DNA of 54,864 nucleotides, counting the filler, from Sphacelaria rigidula (lineage: Eukaryota), in NCBI GenBank assembly GCA_964200075.2. It is 5 parts of 5 records of this genome, joined end to end, with 100 filler letters (N's around TTAATTAATTAA, not from the genome) between each part and the next. Parts side by side here need not be neighbours in the genome. Positions count along the whole stretch, not along the records: positions 32,982 to 43,873 come from CAXNAA020005723.1; positions 43,974 to 54,864 come from CAXNAA020005724.1; 3 more parts are not named here. One strand, 5' to 3'. Position 1 is the stretch's first letter. Each line of letters begins with the position of its first letter. Both the position numbers and the translations under genes were made by a program. Positions 36,272-49,362 of the stretch are shown piece after piece. The notes under the pieces were generated by a model. It searched no databases, was not told the origin of the DNA, and saw only the letters and a program-made list of their open reading frames with translations.

Positions 36272-39200
36272 GTTGTTGTTGTCTTCACATTAAAACCCTT
36301 CCGATATCTGCGCGGGACATTCGTACTGGACATCTGATGCGGACGCCTTCCGCGGTCACAGGCTAGCTACCCATAATAAGGTATGAGGAAATCAAACGAA
36401 ACAAAAAAAGCAAAATAGATCTAGGTGAAAACTCACAAAACGCGATACAAGCAAAAACAGGAAAAATATAATAAAAAGAAGAAAGACAATACATATGGCT
36501 AACCTCAGAAGATCCGGTGCCGCAGGTGGCCATTCGGACTTCAGGGGGTGGCACCCAGCTTTCCAACACGACGCGCCAGGCCAAGTTGAAATGAACATAG
36601 GGTCCGACTACGGGCGAGACTCAAGGCCCCAAATACCACCAACCAAAGAACTAAGAATCGCAAGGTTCCATTTTCCGGCCTCTCGAGGGACAGCCATACG
36701 TACAAGCATACTAGGTGTATCAAGACAAGCACTGCATGACATAACGACACCCCTCATCGGGGGGTTCACTCCCCACCCCCCCTTTTTGTGGACCGTCGTC
36801 AATGCTGTTCTACGTGGGCTTCGTCGGTCTCCCGCCGAATCGCACGCAGTCGGCTGGCCTCCTCTTTATTTCTGTGCCATGAGGTCATGAACCTCTCCGC
36901 TCCCTGCAGCACTCCCGCGTGCCACGGCAACCCCCCCTCCTTATTCGCTGCTGAGGTCCATAGGGTGCGGTCAATTCCGAATGTCTGGCGGTTGTCGTCC
37001 GTAGAGCCATCTGTGGCTCCGAAAGCTTGGAGATCGTCCCTCAGGCACTTCAGCCAGTTTTGCCTCGGGCACCCTGGTCCTGGATCCTTCTCCCGACGAG
37101 TGTTCCGAATAATATTCGCCTCGGTAATCGTCCGTCCGGTTGTCTAGCCAGGGCTCCCACGAACAGCAGTCGTCGTTGCCGGACGATGACTTCGGGACGT
37201 TGGCACCCGGCCTTCTTGAGGGTCTGTGCATACAACAACTGTCGGTATGTGCCGCGCACTCGGCGGTACCCAATGACTCGTAGGAGGAGCCGGTAGTGCA
37301 CCTTTCGAAGAAAATCGTAGTGTTCGCGGCGCGGGGCCCACGTCATGCATCCGTATAGTAGGGCCTCCATCGCCTCCGCTTTAAGCAGTCGAACCTTGGG
37401 TCTCCGTGGTGCTTTCGGTCGGTCAAAGAGCTCCCGGGAGAACTTCCTCATGCACGCCCACGCTGCTCTGCTTCGATTGTTGATTTCTCGCTTGAGTTCG
37501 CCCTCTTCGTTGACTTTTCTGGGCGTATTTCTGGCCCGATGCTTCGATGATCAGCGGTGGGAGAGATGGTGTTGGTGACTCCCCCTTCTTCGGTGCTTGC
37601 CTCGGCACTCGCATGAAGAGACTCTCTGTCTTGTTCTCCGATACGGTCAGTCCAAAGGCCCTAAATCCATTCACTATGATGGTCATCAAATTCGCTAGTC
37701 CGTCGGGGGATCTCGAGATGACGACGGCATCGTCGGCATACAGCATTCCCCACACCGCTCTGCGTACACGTTCCAGCGGTGTCTCCGCTGTAATACGTGA
37801 GAGGACCGCGTGCTTAGAGGACCGCATCGGAATTTGAACATCCCTATGGTTAGCGTTAGGGTTAGCGTTGGAGTCAGGGTTAGGGGCGTGGTACCTGCAG
37901 GGACTGGCCCGATTGGTTTTGAAAAACATCGATCCTGAGGTATTTTTCACTACGGCGTGGTCCTCTAAGCACGCGATCCTCTCACGCATTACATCTGCCC
38001 CCCTCCCCGTCTCCTCATCGAGATATACCATGTCCTTGATGATGATATCATCCTTGCTGAATCGCACCAGGACTATCTCGAGCACTGCCGCGAAGAAGAT
38101 GTTGAACAACAGGGGAGACAGTACACATTCTTGCCGCAGTCCCTGTGTGCCTTCAAACCACTCCGAGAGCTCTCCGTCGTCCATGCGTACGCGGGTCTGC
38201 TTACCGTCGTGGAGTTGGCAGATAACTGCTAACATCTCATCCGGAATACCAGCTCGGGCCAGCACCTGCCACAGAAGCTCTTGGTCGACCGAGTCATATG
38301 CCTTCTCGAGGTCGAAGAAGTACATGTACAGCGGTATTCTCCGCCGCCGCCTCAGCTCCTAGAGTCCGCGCACTACGAACAACGTGTCGACGGTGGATCG
38401 GTCAGGTCGGAAGCTGCATTGTTCCTCCGGTAATACCCCGTGCGTTTTGCAGTAGTCGCTGAGGCGGTTGGCCACTATCTTCAGGAGCACTTTCCCTCCG
38501 TGCGATACCAGATATATCCCCCTGTAGTTATTGCAGTTGGACCGGTCTGATTTCCTGTACAGCCCCTTGATGGTTGCATATTTCCGCTCCTGCGGGACCT
38601 CCCCTCCGTCCCACGCCTCGACGAGAATGGTGTGGAAGCGTTCGATGACGGCGGGCTCGGCGCGGTCGTCGATCTTGAGTAGCTCCACAGGAAGAGAGTC
38701 GCGTCCTGGCACTTTCCAGTTGTGCATGCCCCGGACTGCTCGTCTGGTTTCCTCCAGTGTTGGTGCTGCCCCGAGCGGTGCTGAATCCCCGGTGGTTGAC
38801 GCTGCCGGTCGCTGCTTCATCTCCTCGATGATGGCTGGGTTCAGCGTGGGCGATTTGGCGTTGAGCAGGGTGCGGGAGAATCTTGCCCACCGTTTAATTT
38901 AAGGATGGTAATTATGCTTCTCAGTAAGACGCCATTCTCGTTCTTTATGAACTGCTGCCCCGTAAATTGCCTTCCACCAAGACCCACCGATCTTTTGAGG
39001 TGTTTGTACAGGCCTCTCATGTCGCGGTTCTTGTAGATCGCTTCTAGCCTCGCGGCTCTGAGTGCTTTCCACGATGCTGAGGTTCGGTGATGCTTCATCA
39101 CTTGGCGTGCCTCCCGTCGTTTGGCGAGCGCTGCCCTCACTGTTGCTCTCGTGCCGGTGTTTTCACACCGTTCCGGCATACGTGGTATCCATGCCTCTTT

Positions 39201-39540
39201 CGGAAGTACTGTCTGCGCTGCTTCGAGGATAGCTTCGGTAAATTTCTTCGCGGCCGCCGGTGCGGTGGTGATTGGTTGGTATTTTTGCTCGGCGAGGTTA
39301 TGTAGGAATCTCTCGGTCATGTGCCACCTTGTCATTTCGGTCTGTAGCTGCTGTCGACTGAATTGCCGCTGCTTCGACTTGGTGCGTACTTGGCGGTTGT
39401 GGGCAATGCGGCCACCGTGGTCGACAGTGGCCACAACCATGCTGTGGTCCGAGTCCGCTATAGCCGGGAGTGCGGGTTGGGGGTGTACGACTACGTTGCG
39501 CACTTTACCTCGGTGTACCTGCCGGATAAGCAGCCTACAA
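36272..39540 (-). mobile_element. Decayed, 5'-truncated RTE-clade non-LTR retrotransposon (end of APE endonuclease + reverse transcriptase)
   Basis: DSDHSMVVATV (APE end), [94 protein letters not shown] across frameshifted ORFs; (CAA)n 3' tail. Confidence 0.93.
37789..37993. mobile_element. 205-bp MITE (TGT...ACA, ~35-bp TIR, 5-bp TSD) with telomere-like core, inside the RT
   Basis: tgtaatacgtgagaggaccgcgtgcttagaggacc / ggtcctctaagcacgcgatcctctcacgcattaca; flanks tccgc / tctgc; core ggttagcgttagggttagcgttggagtcagggttagggg. Confidence 0.9.
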
Positions 39541-39548
39541 TGAGTTGC

Positions 39549-39720
39549 TTTTTTTTTCTGGTATCGCCACTTCCACAGACAGCCATGAGTTATACACTGC
39601 CTCATGGGTGTCTCGCCATCTAACACTACGCAGGCGGGAAATGTACTCATGATCATGCATGCCATAGTCAAATGACCACTGATCTCACACCCCTACAAAG
39701 CCGGGACGGTAGCACGCCGT
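39549..39720 (-). mobile_element. A-tailed short repeat (39549-39625) plus short family G copy (39642-39720)
   Basis: Homology to 27692-27756 and 28750-28825 respectively. Confidence 0.6.
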
Positions 39721-39959
39721 GAAGCTCCTTACGGTCTTGGGCAACACTTTCGCATTTGCTTGGAAGAAGAAACGTTCGGTATGAGAGCAGAGAAACTAAC
39801 CAAGGTTTGAGCCACAGCCTCGTTCGGGGGAGGGGAGGGTGGTGGAGTAGAGTTCGTGCCCACCATCATGGTATGAATCCTCCGTTACTCATGGCGCGTG
39901 CCGCAGCATATATTCACCGCCAAATGGGTAGCAAACGATATCACAGGCACCGTAGGTAA

Positions 39960-40285
39960 GATAGGTACCCGGTACCGATATTTGGGACATCTCATACCCT
40001 ACCGATACCAACCCAATCGGTTATTTTCATGCCATAACTACTATACGCAAAATACCACGGTATTTCGATATGACAATACTCACCATACCCGCCCAATCGG
40101 ATATTTTCAAATATCGTACCTGCGATACCTACGATGCCACGATATTTCGAGATTTCAATACCTACAGTACCCGCTCAATCAGGTATTTTCAAAACCTTTA
40201 CCTACGATACCTACGATACCACGGTGTTCCGAGATTTCAATACCTATCCCACCCGCTCAATCAGGTATTTTCAAAACCCATACCT
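39960..40285. repeat. CGATAC/GGTAT-rich degenerate repeat block
   Basis: Many cgatacc motifs; cccgctcaatcaggtattttcaaaacc at ~40170 and ~40252. Confidence 0.65.
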
Positions 40286-43200
40286 TGTGATATGATGTGA
40301 CTGCAGGACGTAGCCATGATCTTGGGCAAATGTGACGTTGAATGATGGACATTTTCATATTCAAATAGCGGAGAATTGGCTGCCCCTTGAATTGACGTCT
40401 ACGGAGAGCATATATTTGAATTCGAAAAAAGGTAGTGACCCAACCATGGCATGAATTGAGGAGCCCGGCTCTTGGATTTTATGGTATGACCTCAGTTTTA
40501 TGTTGATTTAGGGGGCGGCGAAACACATTTGAATAAGCAGCCCCTACAAGCCTCACTCTCGTTTCATTCCGGTTTTGGCTGCGAATCAACGGTTCCCCAT
40601 TGGAGGTATCTACAAACCGCGAGAAAGTGAGTCCCAGAGATAAGAACAGTAGTCGGGCTGCTGTTTTGTCTGGTGTGTTTTATTGATGAAGGCCTAGGCC
40701 TGTTTCGGTTTGTGTTGTATTTGTATTCTGTAGCTGAAGCTGTAGCTGAAGCTCGGATACAATCAATTGTGTGAAACAAAAACGGTGCTACTCTCGTCTG
40801 TAATTGCTTGTTGTCTCTTTGTGTGATATACATGAGAGTGACTGTGGTCAGCCCGCGCTGCTGAGCCGAGTAAACAAACAACGCACACTGAGGTCTGAAC
40901 CTGGAACAATCGTGGTGAACACCATTACACCCTTCTCAAGGTGCTTCACCCCCATCACATCACAGTTGGAGCTCCCGCACTGCCTCTGCTGTACTCTTTT
41001 TTTTAGAATTACGTTGTGTTCGGACTGCCGAGCTGCCGTGTATACTACACTACCACTGTGTGCCTTGCATGCGCATCTCTTTTGTTTGTTCATCGTCTAG
41101 CCGTCTGTAGCTGTTGCTCTGTCATCCATGCCTTGCGATATTAGTTCAAGGGCCTCTGATACACTAGACGCTCGCACCCTGCGCCGACTCCGACGCGAAC
41201 GTACGCTAGCAATAGCACTTGCCCCCCCACCATCCTCACCTGCTCGTCCCAGCTACCTTTCTGTGGCACCCGCCCCAGTAATGATACCCATCTACTCTGT
41301 AGCGGATGCGAGTCACCATGTAGAGTCCAATTTATACCGTGACTCTCCTGCCCCATTACATTTTTTCCACATGAGCTGCCCGTACATTATCAGCTACCAA
41401 CTATATTCTACCACCACCGGCACTGTATCAGCGTGCATCTTTTCGCTACACCCACCCCGCCGCATGTACCGTCGGCCTTTTATTCTTCAGTAGCTAGTGT
41501 TGACCGTCTCTTGCTGTCTCAAAATATGCTCACCGTGCAGCACTTTTTTTGTGCCCAACCTGGATGTTGACTGTACATCATCTGACCCCACCCTGTACTA
41601 TGTATGTGAACCCAACATCCGTGATAACACTACAGTACCACCCTCTTCCCCAGGTCCCGTGTGTGTGAGTTCCAAATGGTCTCGGCGGGCAATATGTTGC
41701 GGACGGTGAGGTACCGTGGTGTGCATACGTCGTTACTGCTGCACTATCTGAACGAAATAATCTATTTTGCATCGTAGATATGAACACGGCGCGGATATAG
41801 CGGGTGTCGGGTGTTCTTCGCGTAATACGAACGAATTGACATCGGTACAGCACCATTGACCCGATCCTCCGCTACCCCACGCGAAGATCATATGTACTGT
41901 AGTGTGCCACCGTGCATTTTTCTGTCTGGTGGTTTGTACGCTGCTGTTGTACTGCACTACATATTTGTATTACGGTTGCGCTTGTACATTTATTGACTGT
42001 TTACTTGCACGATGATACGTCATCGACCCCCGACTCGGCGATTTTCAGCGAACTACGCGGTACTATAACAAGTGTCGCCAGCTGCGCTGGTATTGCCTCT
42101 AGACACACGGCATCCGGTTGTTACTTTTTTTCTCAGCCTCAACGTGTTCTCAAAATATAATTGAGCGGTTTGACGTTGCTGTTCGCTGCATCCCACACGT
42201 CTATTCCTTCGTGGCATGCAGGTTTGTTAATGCGCTGCTGCGCTGGTGACAGACACTGTATGTCGATTGTGACAACCTTCATTTTCTTGTCTCTTGCTGT
42301 TACAATTTATTCCAACACACACACATACGGTTTGTTGTGTGCCTTCGACATCTATATCTATATCTATATATATATTCCCTTTCGTCTGCACCTAATTAAA
42401 AAAGTGATAGACCGCTACATGTGACTGCTGCCGCGATAGCTCCCCCCCGAACCAGCAAAAAAAGTGCGCGGAGTCGATGATCATAAATGCCGTTAGAACT
42501 GGTTTCGTGCTGCACGACGCGACTCTTTTGTATGTTATTGTTGATTTAGTACTGTTACACGCCTCTCATGTGGGCGAAATTGCTGCAAACAATCAACAGT
42601 GGGATTGCAGCCGGTTTGTCGGACGGTCTCCGGTGCACTTTTTGTGGGGGGGCTATCTCGGCATCAGTCATGTGCGGAGTGCGCGGACCTACGTGTCGAT
42701 CAAAAACTGTCGACGAAGCGTAACACTTCTACTTCAAACCCCATTGTCGACCACAGGTCCACAGTTGGGCCCCAACAACCTTCAACAGCAAACCCGCGGC
42801 AATATATATTCTTTCACTCAGTCAGTGCACCATCACCACTTAACGAAATCCTCGTCGGCCAGCGTGGGTTCTCGCTTGTGGTGTGGGTACGCTAGCGTTG
42901 ACCGTTCTGTCATGACGGGTTCCATGGAAGCACAGTCCCGTGCAACATTGCATGGCTTCCAAATGCGCAATGACCAACCCCAGTGTTTTCATACTGGATC
43001 TGATCACCCAGTTGTATTTCTGAGTGGTAGTAATCAATGCCAGTTGGATCCGATCGCCCCGCGGAGTCGGCAGTCGTGTAGCGTAGCGCCTACCGCCTTA
43101 GATGCAGGAACATCTTCTGATACGGTAGCTGTTACCCCTACGACCGTTCATCATAGGATGAAACGTTTACAGAGACTCCCCAGCCCCGAGAAGGACACAG

Positions 43201-43873
43201 GAGTCCAGTCGAACCCGGTAACACATGCGTGCAAAATTCCGCGTGTGCTCGGTCCCCTTTTATTTGGTGAGCGTAATTTTTCGTGCACTGCGCGCACCAG
43301 TGCCGAACCCTTGCTTTCCGTAGCTCAGCGATGGGAAGAAACCCCAAGCGACAGTGCCGACCAAGCGCCACGCGTGTAGCCACGAACGGACTAACCTTGC
43401 CAACTTCCCAAAAGCCCTTGGAACAGCCGGCTCTAGAGTGCGCTACACGCGACACCAGGAGATGGCTCTTCCGGATGACGCTGTAAATAAACCTGTAGTT
43501 GCCGCTGCATCCGCTCACCAAGAAGGTGCCCAGGTGCCGGGCACAGCGGATGAAGGCCTTGTCGTAGAACAGGTCCGTGTTTCCCAGATCCCGAACAGAT
43601 CAGCACCGCCTCCTGCCGACCCCTCGGAATCTATGTTGAAGAATAAAGTAGCGTTGACAACTGTTGGGACAGTAAACCGCTACGCCCTGCATGTATGTCT
43701 CATGGTGCCGGACAAACCCCGGCTGTGCCGTCCAAATTGCAGTCCGATCAGGACTGTTTCTCCCCTGTTTCTCATAGCTTCAAACAATTATTGCAAACAT
43801 CTACATCCACTTCCTTTCCTAGGCGTCGTCCACCCCTGACTCTGTACGAAATCCAACTTTCTTCTACTGCACC

Positions 43874-43973
43874 NNNNNNNNNNNNNNNNNNNNNNNNNNN
43901 NNNNNNNNNNNNNNNNNTTAATTAATTAANNNNNNNNNNNNNNNNNNNNNNNNNNNNNNNNNNNNNNNNNNNN
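43874..43973. other. Artificial contig spacer
   Basis: N44-TTAATTAATTAA-N44. Confidence 0.98.
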
Positions 43974-45913
43974 TCTTTTTTTCTTTTTTCCCCGCCCTGG
44001 GGGGGGGGGGGGGGGGGGGGTCATTCACACTGCCATCTACGGCACACATTAATCCGAAACTGTGACTCTCCAACACATTGTGTTTCTGCTACCAACATGG
44101 ACGACAACAACTGTACACCCTCCAAACAAGAAGAAATAAACGAGAACGGCAGACCAGGCAACTCAATCGCGCATGTACAAAGTACAAACAACGTTCGACA
44201 AACGACGTAGTTGTAATCCGAAGGGGACAGGGCAAAAACGGTAATGGCCACAACAGAAATCCTGATGATCGCACAAGAACAAACGCCGAAAAGACCACCA
44301 ACTTGTGACGGGCCCACGCCGCTCATGCATAAATACCCATGTGACTTTCGTGTCAACAACTCGATGCTTCCACGGGTTCAGACCGTTGATCTGCGCCGTG
44401 ACCTCTCTCGAAATTGCAATTGCACTCGTGCTTCAGTAGTACCACGTCAAGAAAAACATATCTCACACATGTTGGGGCGATGTAACCTAAACAAGGGACA
44501 GGCGGAAACATCTGTGACACCAGCAGCAACACTCGGCGACCCGTCCGCCCGCCTTTTGAAATCCACAGCAGGTACCAAAAGAGGAGATACCACTACTATA
44601 CGTGGAGGCCGTGACCTCTCACGTCTCTAGACATACCTCGAAAACTCCCCCCGACGGAATTAAACTACTCAACCTGTTTGCACGCAGTATATACTCTTCA
44701 GTGCACTACGACGCATCCTGTTTTCACTGTACTTGCACCCAGGTCCCAACGAACGCGTCAAGCGGGGAAAAAAAGGGACTCTAAATAATATATATTTCTT
44801 CTCAACTTTTGTTTTCCCTTCGCAACGCCCGTTCCGCTCGTGCACAAAGAAAAGATAAACACAGCCTTCATCGGAAAAGGCTAGTATTTGAAACCTCAGG
44901 GGCAGAATACGAATAACGAATGTGACCGCGGAGTCGAGCGGGCACGACGGTCTCCACATGCACGGTCCAACTCGGGCGCTCAGCCACTCAGTGCCGTCAC
45001 ACAGATCAACCTCGACGGAAATATACCACGTACTACAGTGAGGGTTCCAATGTAGCGCGGCAGGTCACCCGTATGGCCTGACCCCGCCACGATAAGATCA
45101 AGCACTACACCTGTTGTGCTGAAAATTATTCGACAACAGTACAGCGGATCGACATCGCGACAACCAATTTCGACCGCATTGTGTGTGTGGGGGGGTACGG
45201 TCCTTCCTGAGACTGTACTACGTTGGGACCCTTATGTGATTATGGGACCGCACTGTAATGGGAACCGCGCTGTATAGGAGACCTCAGGGTTTGAGTGAGC
45301 AGAACCTCCACAAACCATCGGTGGGTCTCCGCATCGAGCGGTGGTCTGCACTGCCACTACCCTTCTGCCCCGTACCCCGAGACAAAAGAGCGGACACACG
45401 TACGAACGGGGGATTGAACCATGGTTCGTCGCATGACTCTCGTACCTAACCCTTATCCTGGACGAGGAGAGTAGGGGGCGGTGTGGGGGGGGGGGGGGGG
45501 AAGGACCGCGCTTGGCAGTGTGTCACCATCTATAACCGCGACAAGAAATTACTGAATATTGAGGGTCCAGCGTTGCTGCATGCAAGTTTTGCGACGTTAC
45601 GACGAAAAAGGTACGCTATTACTTTGGGACTCTTTTTCTTCTCCCCCCGTTATTCGATCGAAAAGGGGGTGGTGTACTCATGATTCCGCATGCCTCGCAT
45701 CGCTACTAAGGCGGGACGGGACAAGATCGAATAAAGGGGTCGTGGGAATAGAAGAAAATCTTATTCGAAGAAATGCTTGTGAAGGGCCTTCACCGCGGCG
45801 TCGAGATCCGACTCCTTGACGACGAGCCCCACGTTGACCTTCGATGCGCCCTGGCTGAGCATGAGAACCTGCATGTGGACACATGAACGTGCACGCGAAA
45901 ATATTCATGCACA

Positions 45914-45977
45914 CGCCCCGGTCGATTGATTGGTAACCTAAAAACCTTCTGACGGTCGGGACGTGGATTCGAACCCA
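45914..45977 (+). mobile_element. Degenerate tRNA-SINE head
   Basis: cgccccgg...ttggtaacct.aaaaccttctgacggtcgggacgtggattcgaaccc resembles revcomp of 23070-23131. Confidence 0.55.
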
Positions 45978-46926
45978 TGAAATTCACACGATTTTTTGTT
46001 GTGCGCATCAGGTAATGAACATCTTTATCAAGCAGTTATTCTAGGGTCCAACTCTACGTATTAGATGGCAAATGGGGACCGTTTGAAAACCTGGGTCGGT
46101 CAAATTCGGAACAGTGTTTTGCAGGCCACCTACCCGCCCATGTTGGGGGGTTTGTGTATTGAATTTTGGGTGGGACATCGCAAGGGCAAAATGAACCAAA
46201 AAAAGTTGGTCAGGCTATCATTTTCTGTTTTTTTCACTGGTTTAGGGCGATATAGTATGGAAACGACCATTTCTTCACGAGAACGCCCGAACCTCTCCCA
46301 AAAATAGGATGAAGGCTATTTATTTATTTATGTGGCATACCTTCTCCCCGCATGCTGCCAGCCTTGGCTTGTTTGCATCCTCCTCTCCTCACGGAGAATT
46401 TGCTACTGCAGATTACAGATGAATGATTTTCGAATCGCTCTCGGCTTTGAATGGGATTTGGATGTCATCCAAGACTTTTAGCTCTTCAATGTGGGGGGTC
46501 ACATCATCTACAATTTTCAACATTTTTGAAGGAAAAACAGATCAAATAACGCAATTTTTCTTCCCTCGGGCGGCGCTGAGGTCCCCTCACCAGCCGGGGA
46601 GGGGGCGTTTGCGGCTCGAGGCTCCGCCATTGGCCACTGATGTTTTTCCAATTTATCGGTGGAGCCGATAATCTGGAAAAACATCGATGTACTGGCCGCG
46701 CCAGCGGCCAGTTTGAACTCAACTGGCCAGAGCAGCCAGTTAACAGCCCCATGGAGATGTGATTCGAGATATTCATGAGCCGCGGCATTCATAGATAATG
46801 GTTAATCAACGTCTCCCAATATTTTTCAACGTTGGCCGTTACATACAGTTAACATACCGATTACGCTTTCATGCCAGCCTAGAACTCGTGTAAGGCACCA
46901 ACGCTAAATATTGACCAGCTGCAAAC

Positions 46927-47140
46927 TGTTGTTGTTGTTGTTGTCTTGACATTGAAAAACGTTCCAACTTCTGCGCAGTACTCTCCGTACTGAGCATTTG
47001 AAGCGAACGACTTCCGTGGTCACAGGCTAACTACCCCAAGCTATGGTAAAAATAAAATAATAAAATGAAGTCGGACCCAGAAACAAATCACACAGACGCG
47101 ATACCAGTGAAAAAAATGCGTGAAAACAAGGAAAGAAAGC
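46927..47140 (-). mobile_element. RTE-type 3' end with (CAA)n tail
   Basis: Matches 29440-29660 incl. tcacacagacgcgatac. Confidence 0.7.
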
Positions 47141-48057
47141 AAACTGCGGACGAAATGTTCGGGAAAAATAAATGCGATCATACGCTCGAAAATGCGTGAG
47201 ATGAAGCACTGAAATATTTCCGAGCTATCACACGACTGACGACCTCAACTCCGCTCGGGATATCACAATGTACGTTATGCGGGTCCGCAACGGAAAGTGC
47301 TGCGCATCCGTACATCTGAAGCTCCCTCAGATCGTCAAAAAGTGATTTTGATTCATTTCCCCCCCTCCCTGATTTGTTCGGGATTACCCACCAAGCTTCG
47401 AGGATCACACGAATCATCGCTGGTTCGACTCACCAAATCTACGATCTGAGGGCCTGATTTCACGAAAGAGAGAGAAAAAAATATGACCGCGGGTCGAGAA
47501 AGTCTAGAGGAAAACTCTGCGCTATTCAACGTGCCTGGGGTGGGTGGGCGTATGTACCTGGGGTGCAACGCTAAAACGAAGCCCAAGGATTGACTCGTAC
47601 GGTACGAATCAACTCCACCAAAAGCAAATAAGTTTAAAGACCGATCATTGGTCGTCCCACCTTCGCAACGTTAGCTCTCCCTCACCTCATCCGGTCCCTA
47701 GTATATCGAGCATCGAAGTCGTACTACTGCTGAATAATTGTTCCGACCTTGTTCGGGATCGGCCGAATCAATGAGCCATCTCATCACCACACTCTACTTT
47801 TTTCAGTCTTCATGGAACCATTGATGGAAAAGTGACGATTTACACACTGTCACATATGCGGGCTTTCGTTACCTGGAAAACGTCACTTCGAGTTGGGTGC
47901 ACGAATCTTCAACATTAGTATACTTGAACTGAGAGTGGTGCACCGTTTCGGTGGGCTGCATCAACATTTGCAGAAAAACAACCATGATATCTTGCCCAAG
48001 AAAACGTCAATTGTAAATCGTCATTTTTCTATCAACGGTTCCACACGTCGGACAGAT

Positions 48058-49362
48058 CAGCTCCCTATAGCTCGAGCTAGCTCTTTTTGAGTGTAGCGCC
48101 CTAGTGAGCTATGAGAGCTACATGAGCTACGCATACTTTCCGGTGAGCTATGGGAGCTGTATGCGCTACGCATGTTTGCCCTGGATGAGCTATCAACCGG
48201 TAGCTCATCAGCTCATATTTGCCCTGGGTGAGTTATGAGAGCTGCATGAGCTACGCATGTTTACCCCGGATGAGCTATGAGAGATGCATGAGCTACACAT
48301 GTTTGCCATCGATGAGCTATGAGAGATGCATGAGCTACACATGTTTGCCATCGATGAGCTGTGGGAGATGCATGAGCTACAAATGTTTGCCCTAGATGAC
48401 CTTTGAGAGCTAGGTGAGCTGTGAATCATTGCACGGGATGAGCTGTGAGAGCTATGATAGCTACGATTGCTCATCCCTTCGACCACGAGGGTAAGAGGTC
48501 TCTGAATCGGCATCATTCACACCCGAAAAATAAAGTGAAGTATTCTGATTCATCAAATCGCCAACCCTCGCGGTCAAAGGGCTAACCCCTTGACGGCGAG
48601 CATAAGTCATTTGTTGAATCGGCTCCAATTTCACTTGGAAAATGAATGCATCGCCAGATGGACTCGTACCCTCGCGGCCAACCGATCAAAATATATTTAT
48701 TCATCGGTCGATTATTGTAGACACTGAGCATCAATACTTTTTACAACCATCCGACCAAGCGAGCGAGGACATGTGTTGGCTTCTTTTCTTCCTACCGCGA
48801 AAAGTGAGGCAGAACATCACAACCTTATGACATTTGGTGCCATCCGTTCGAGCAAGAATGTTACATCATAAGCGACACGGGGTTGGCCAGCGGCTAGCTA
48901 GGTATATGACGTGAGAGAGCCGCGACCATGTGTTCCTGGGGTGAGCTACCGGGCGTAGCTCATCCGTTCATGTTTTCCCCGGGTGAGCTACAAGAGCTGC
49001 GTGAGCTACACATGTTTGCCTTAGGTAAGCTATCGAGCGTAGCTCATCCGCATGTGTTTCCCCTGGATGAGCTATGGGAGCTGTATGAGCTACGTACGTT
49101 TGCGATGGGTGAGCGACCAGCCCGTAGCTCATCAGCTCAGCTTCGTCTTGGGTGACCTATGAGAGCTGCATGAACTATGCATGTTCGCCCCGGGTGAGCT
49201 ACCAACCGGTAGCTCATCAGCTCATATTCGCCCTGGGTGAGCTACCAACTCGTAGCTCATCAGCGCACGTTTACCTTGTGTTGAGCTATCGGACGTAGCT
49301 CACATGTACATGTTTGACTACAGGTGAGCTACCACCCGCAGATGAGCTAGCTCATGAGCTGT
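48058..49362. repeat. GAGCT(A)-rich minisatellite (42-bp unit), split by an unrelated insert at ~48475-48890
   Basis: gatgagctatgagagatgcatgagctacacatgtttgccatc at 48269, 48311, 48353; degenerate units on both sides of the insert. Confidence 0.8.
48475..48581. mobile_element. 107-bp piggyBac-like mini-element
   Basis: TIR cccttcgaccacgagggt / accctcgcggtcaaaggg; flanks tcat / ctaa fit TTAA only imperfectly. Confidence 0.5.

Noticed and set aside
16489-39540. Functional linkage of MFS, PPR and RT as one system
   Set aside because: They lie on different artificially joined contigs
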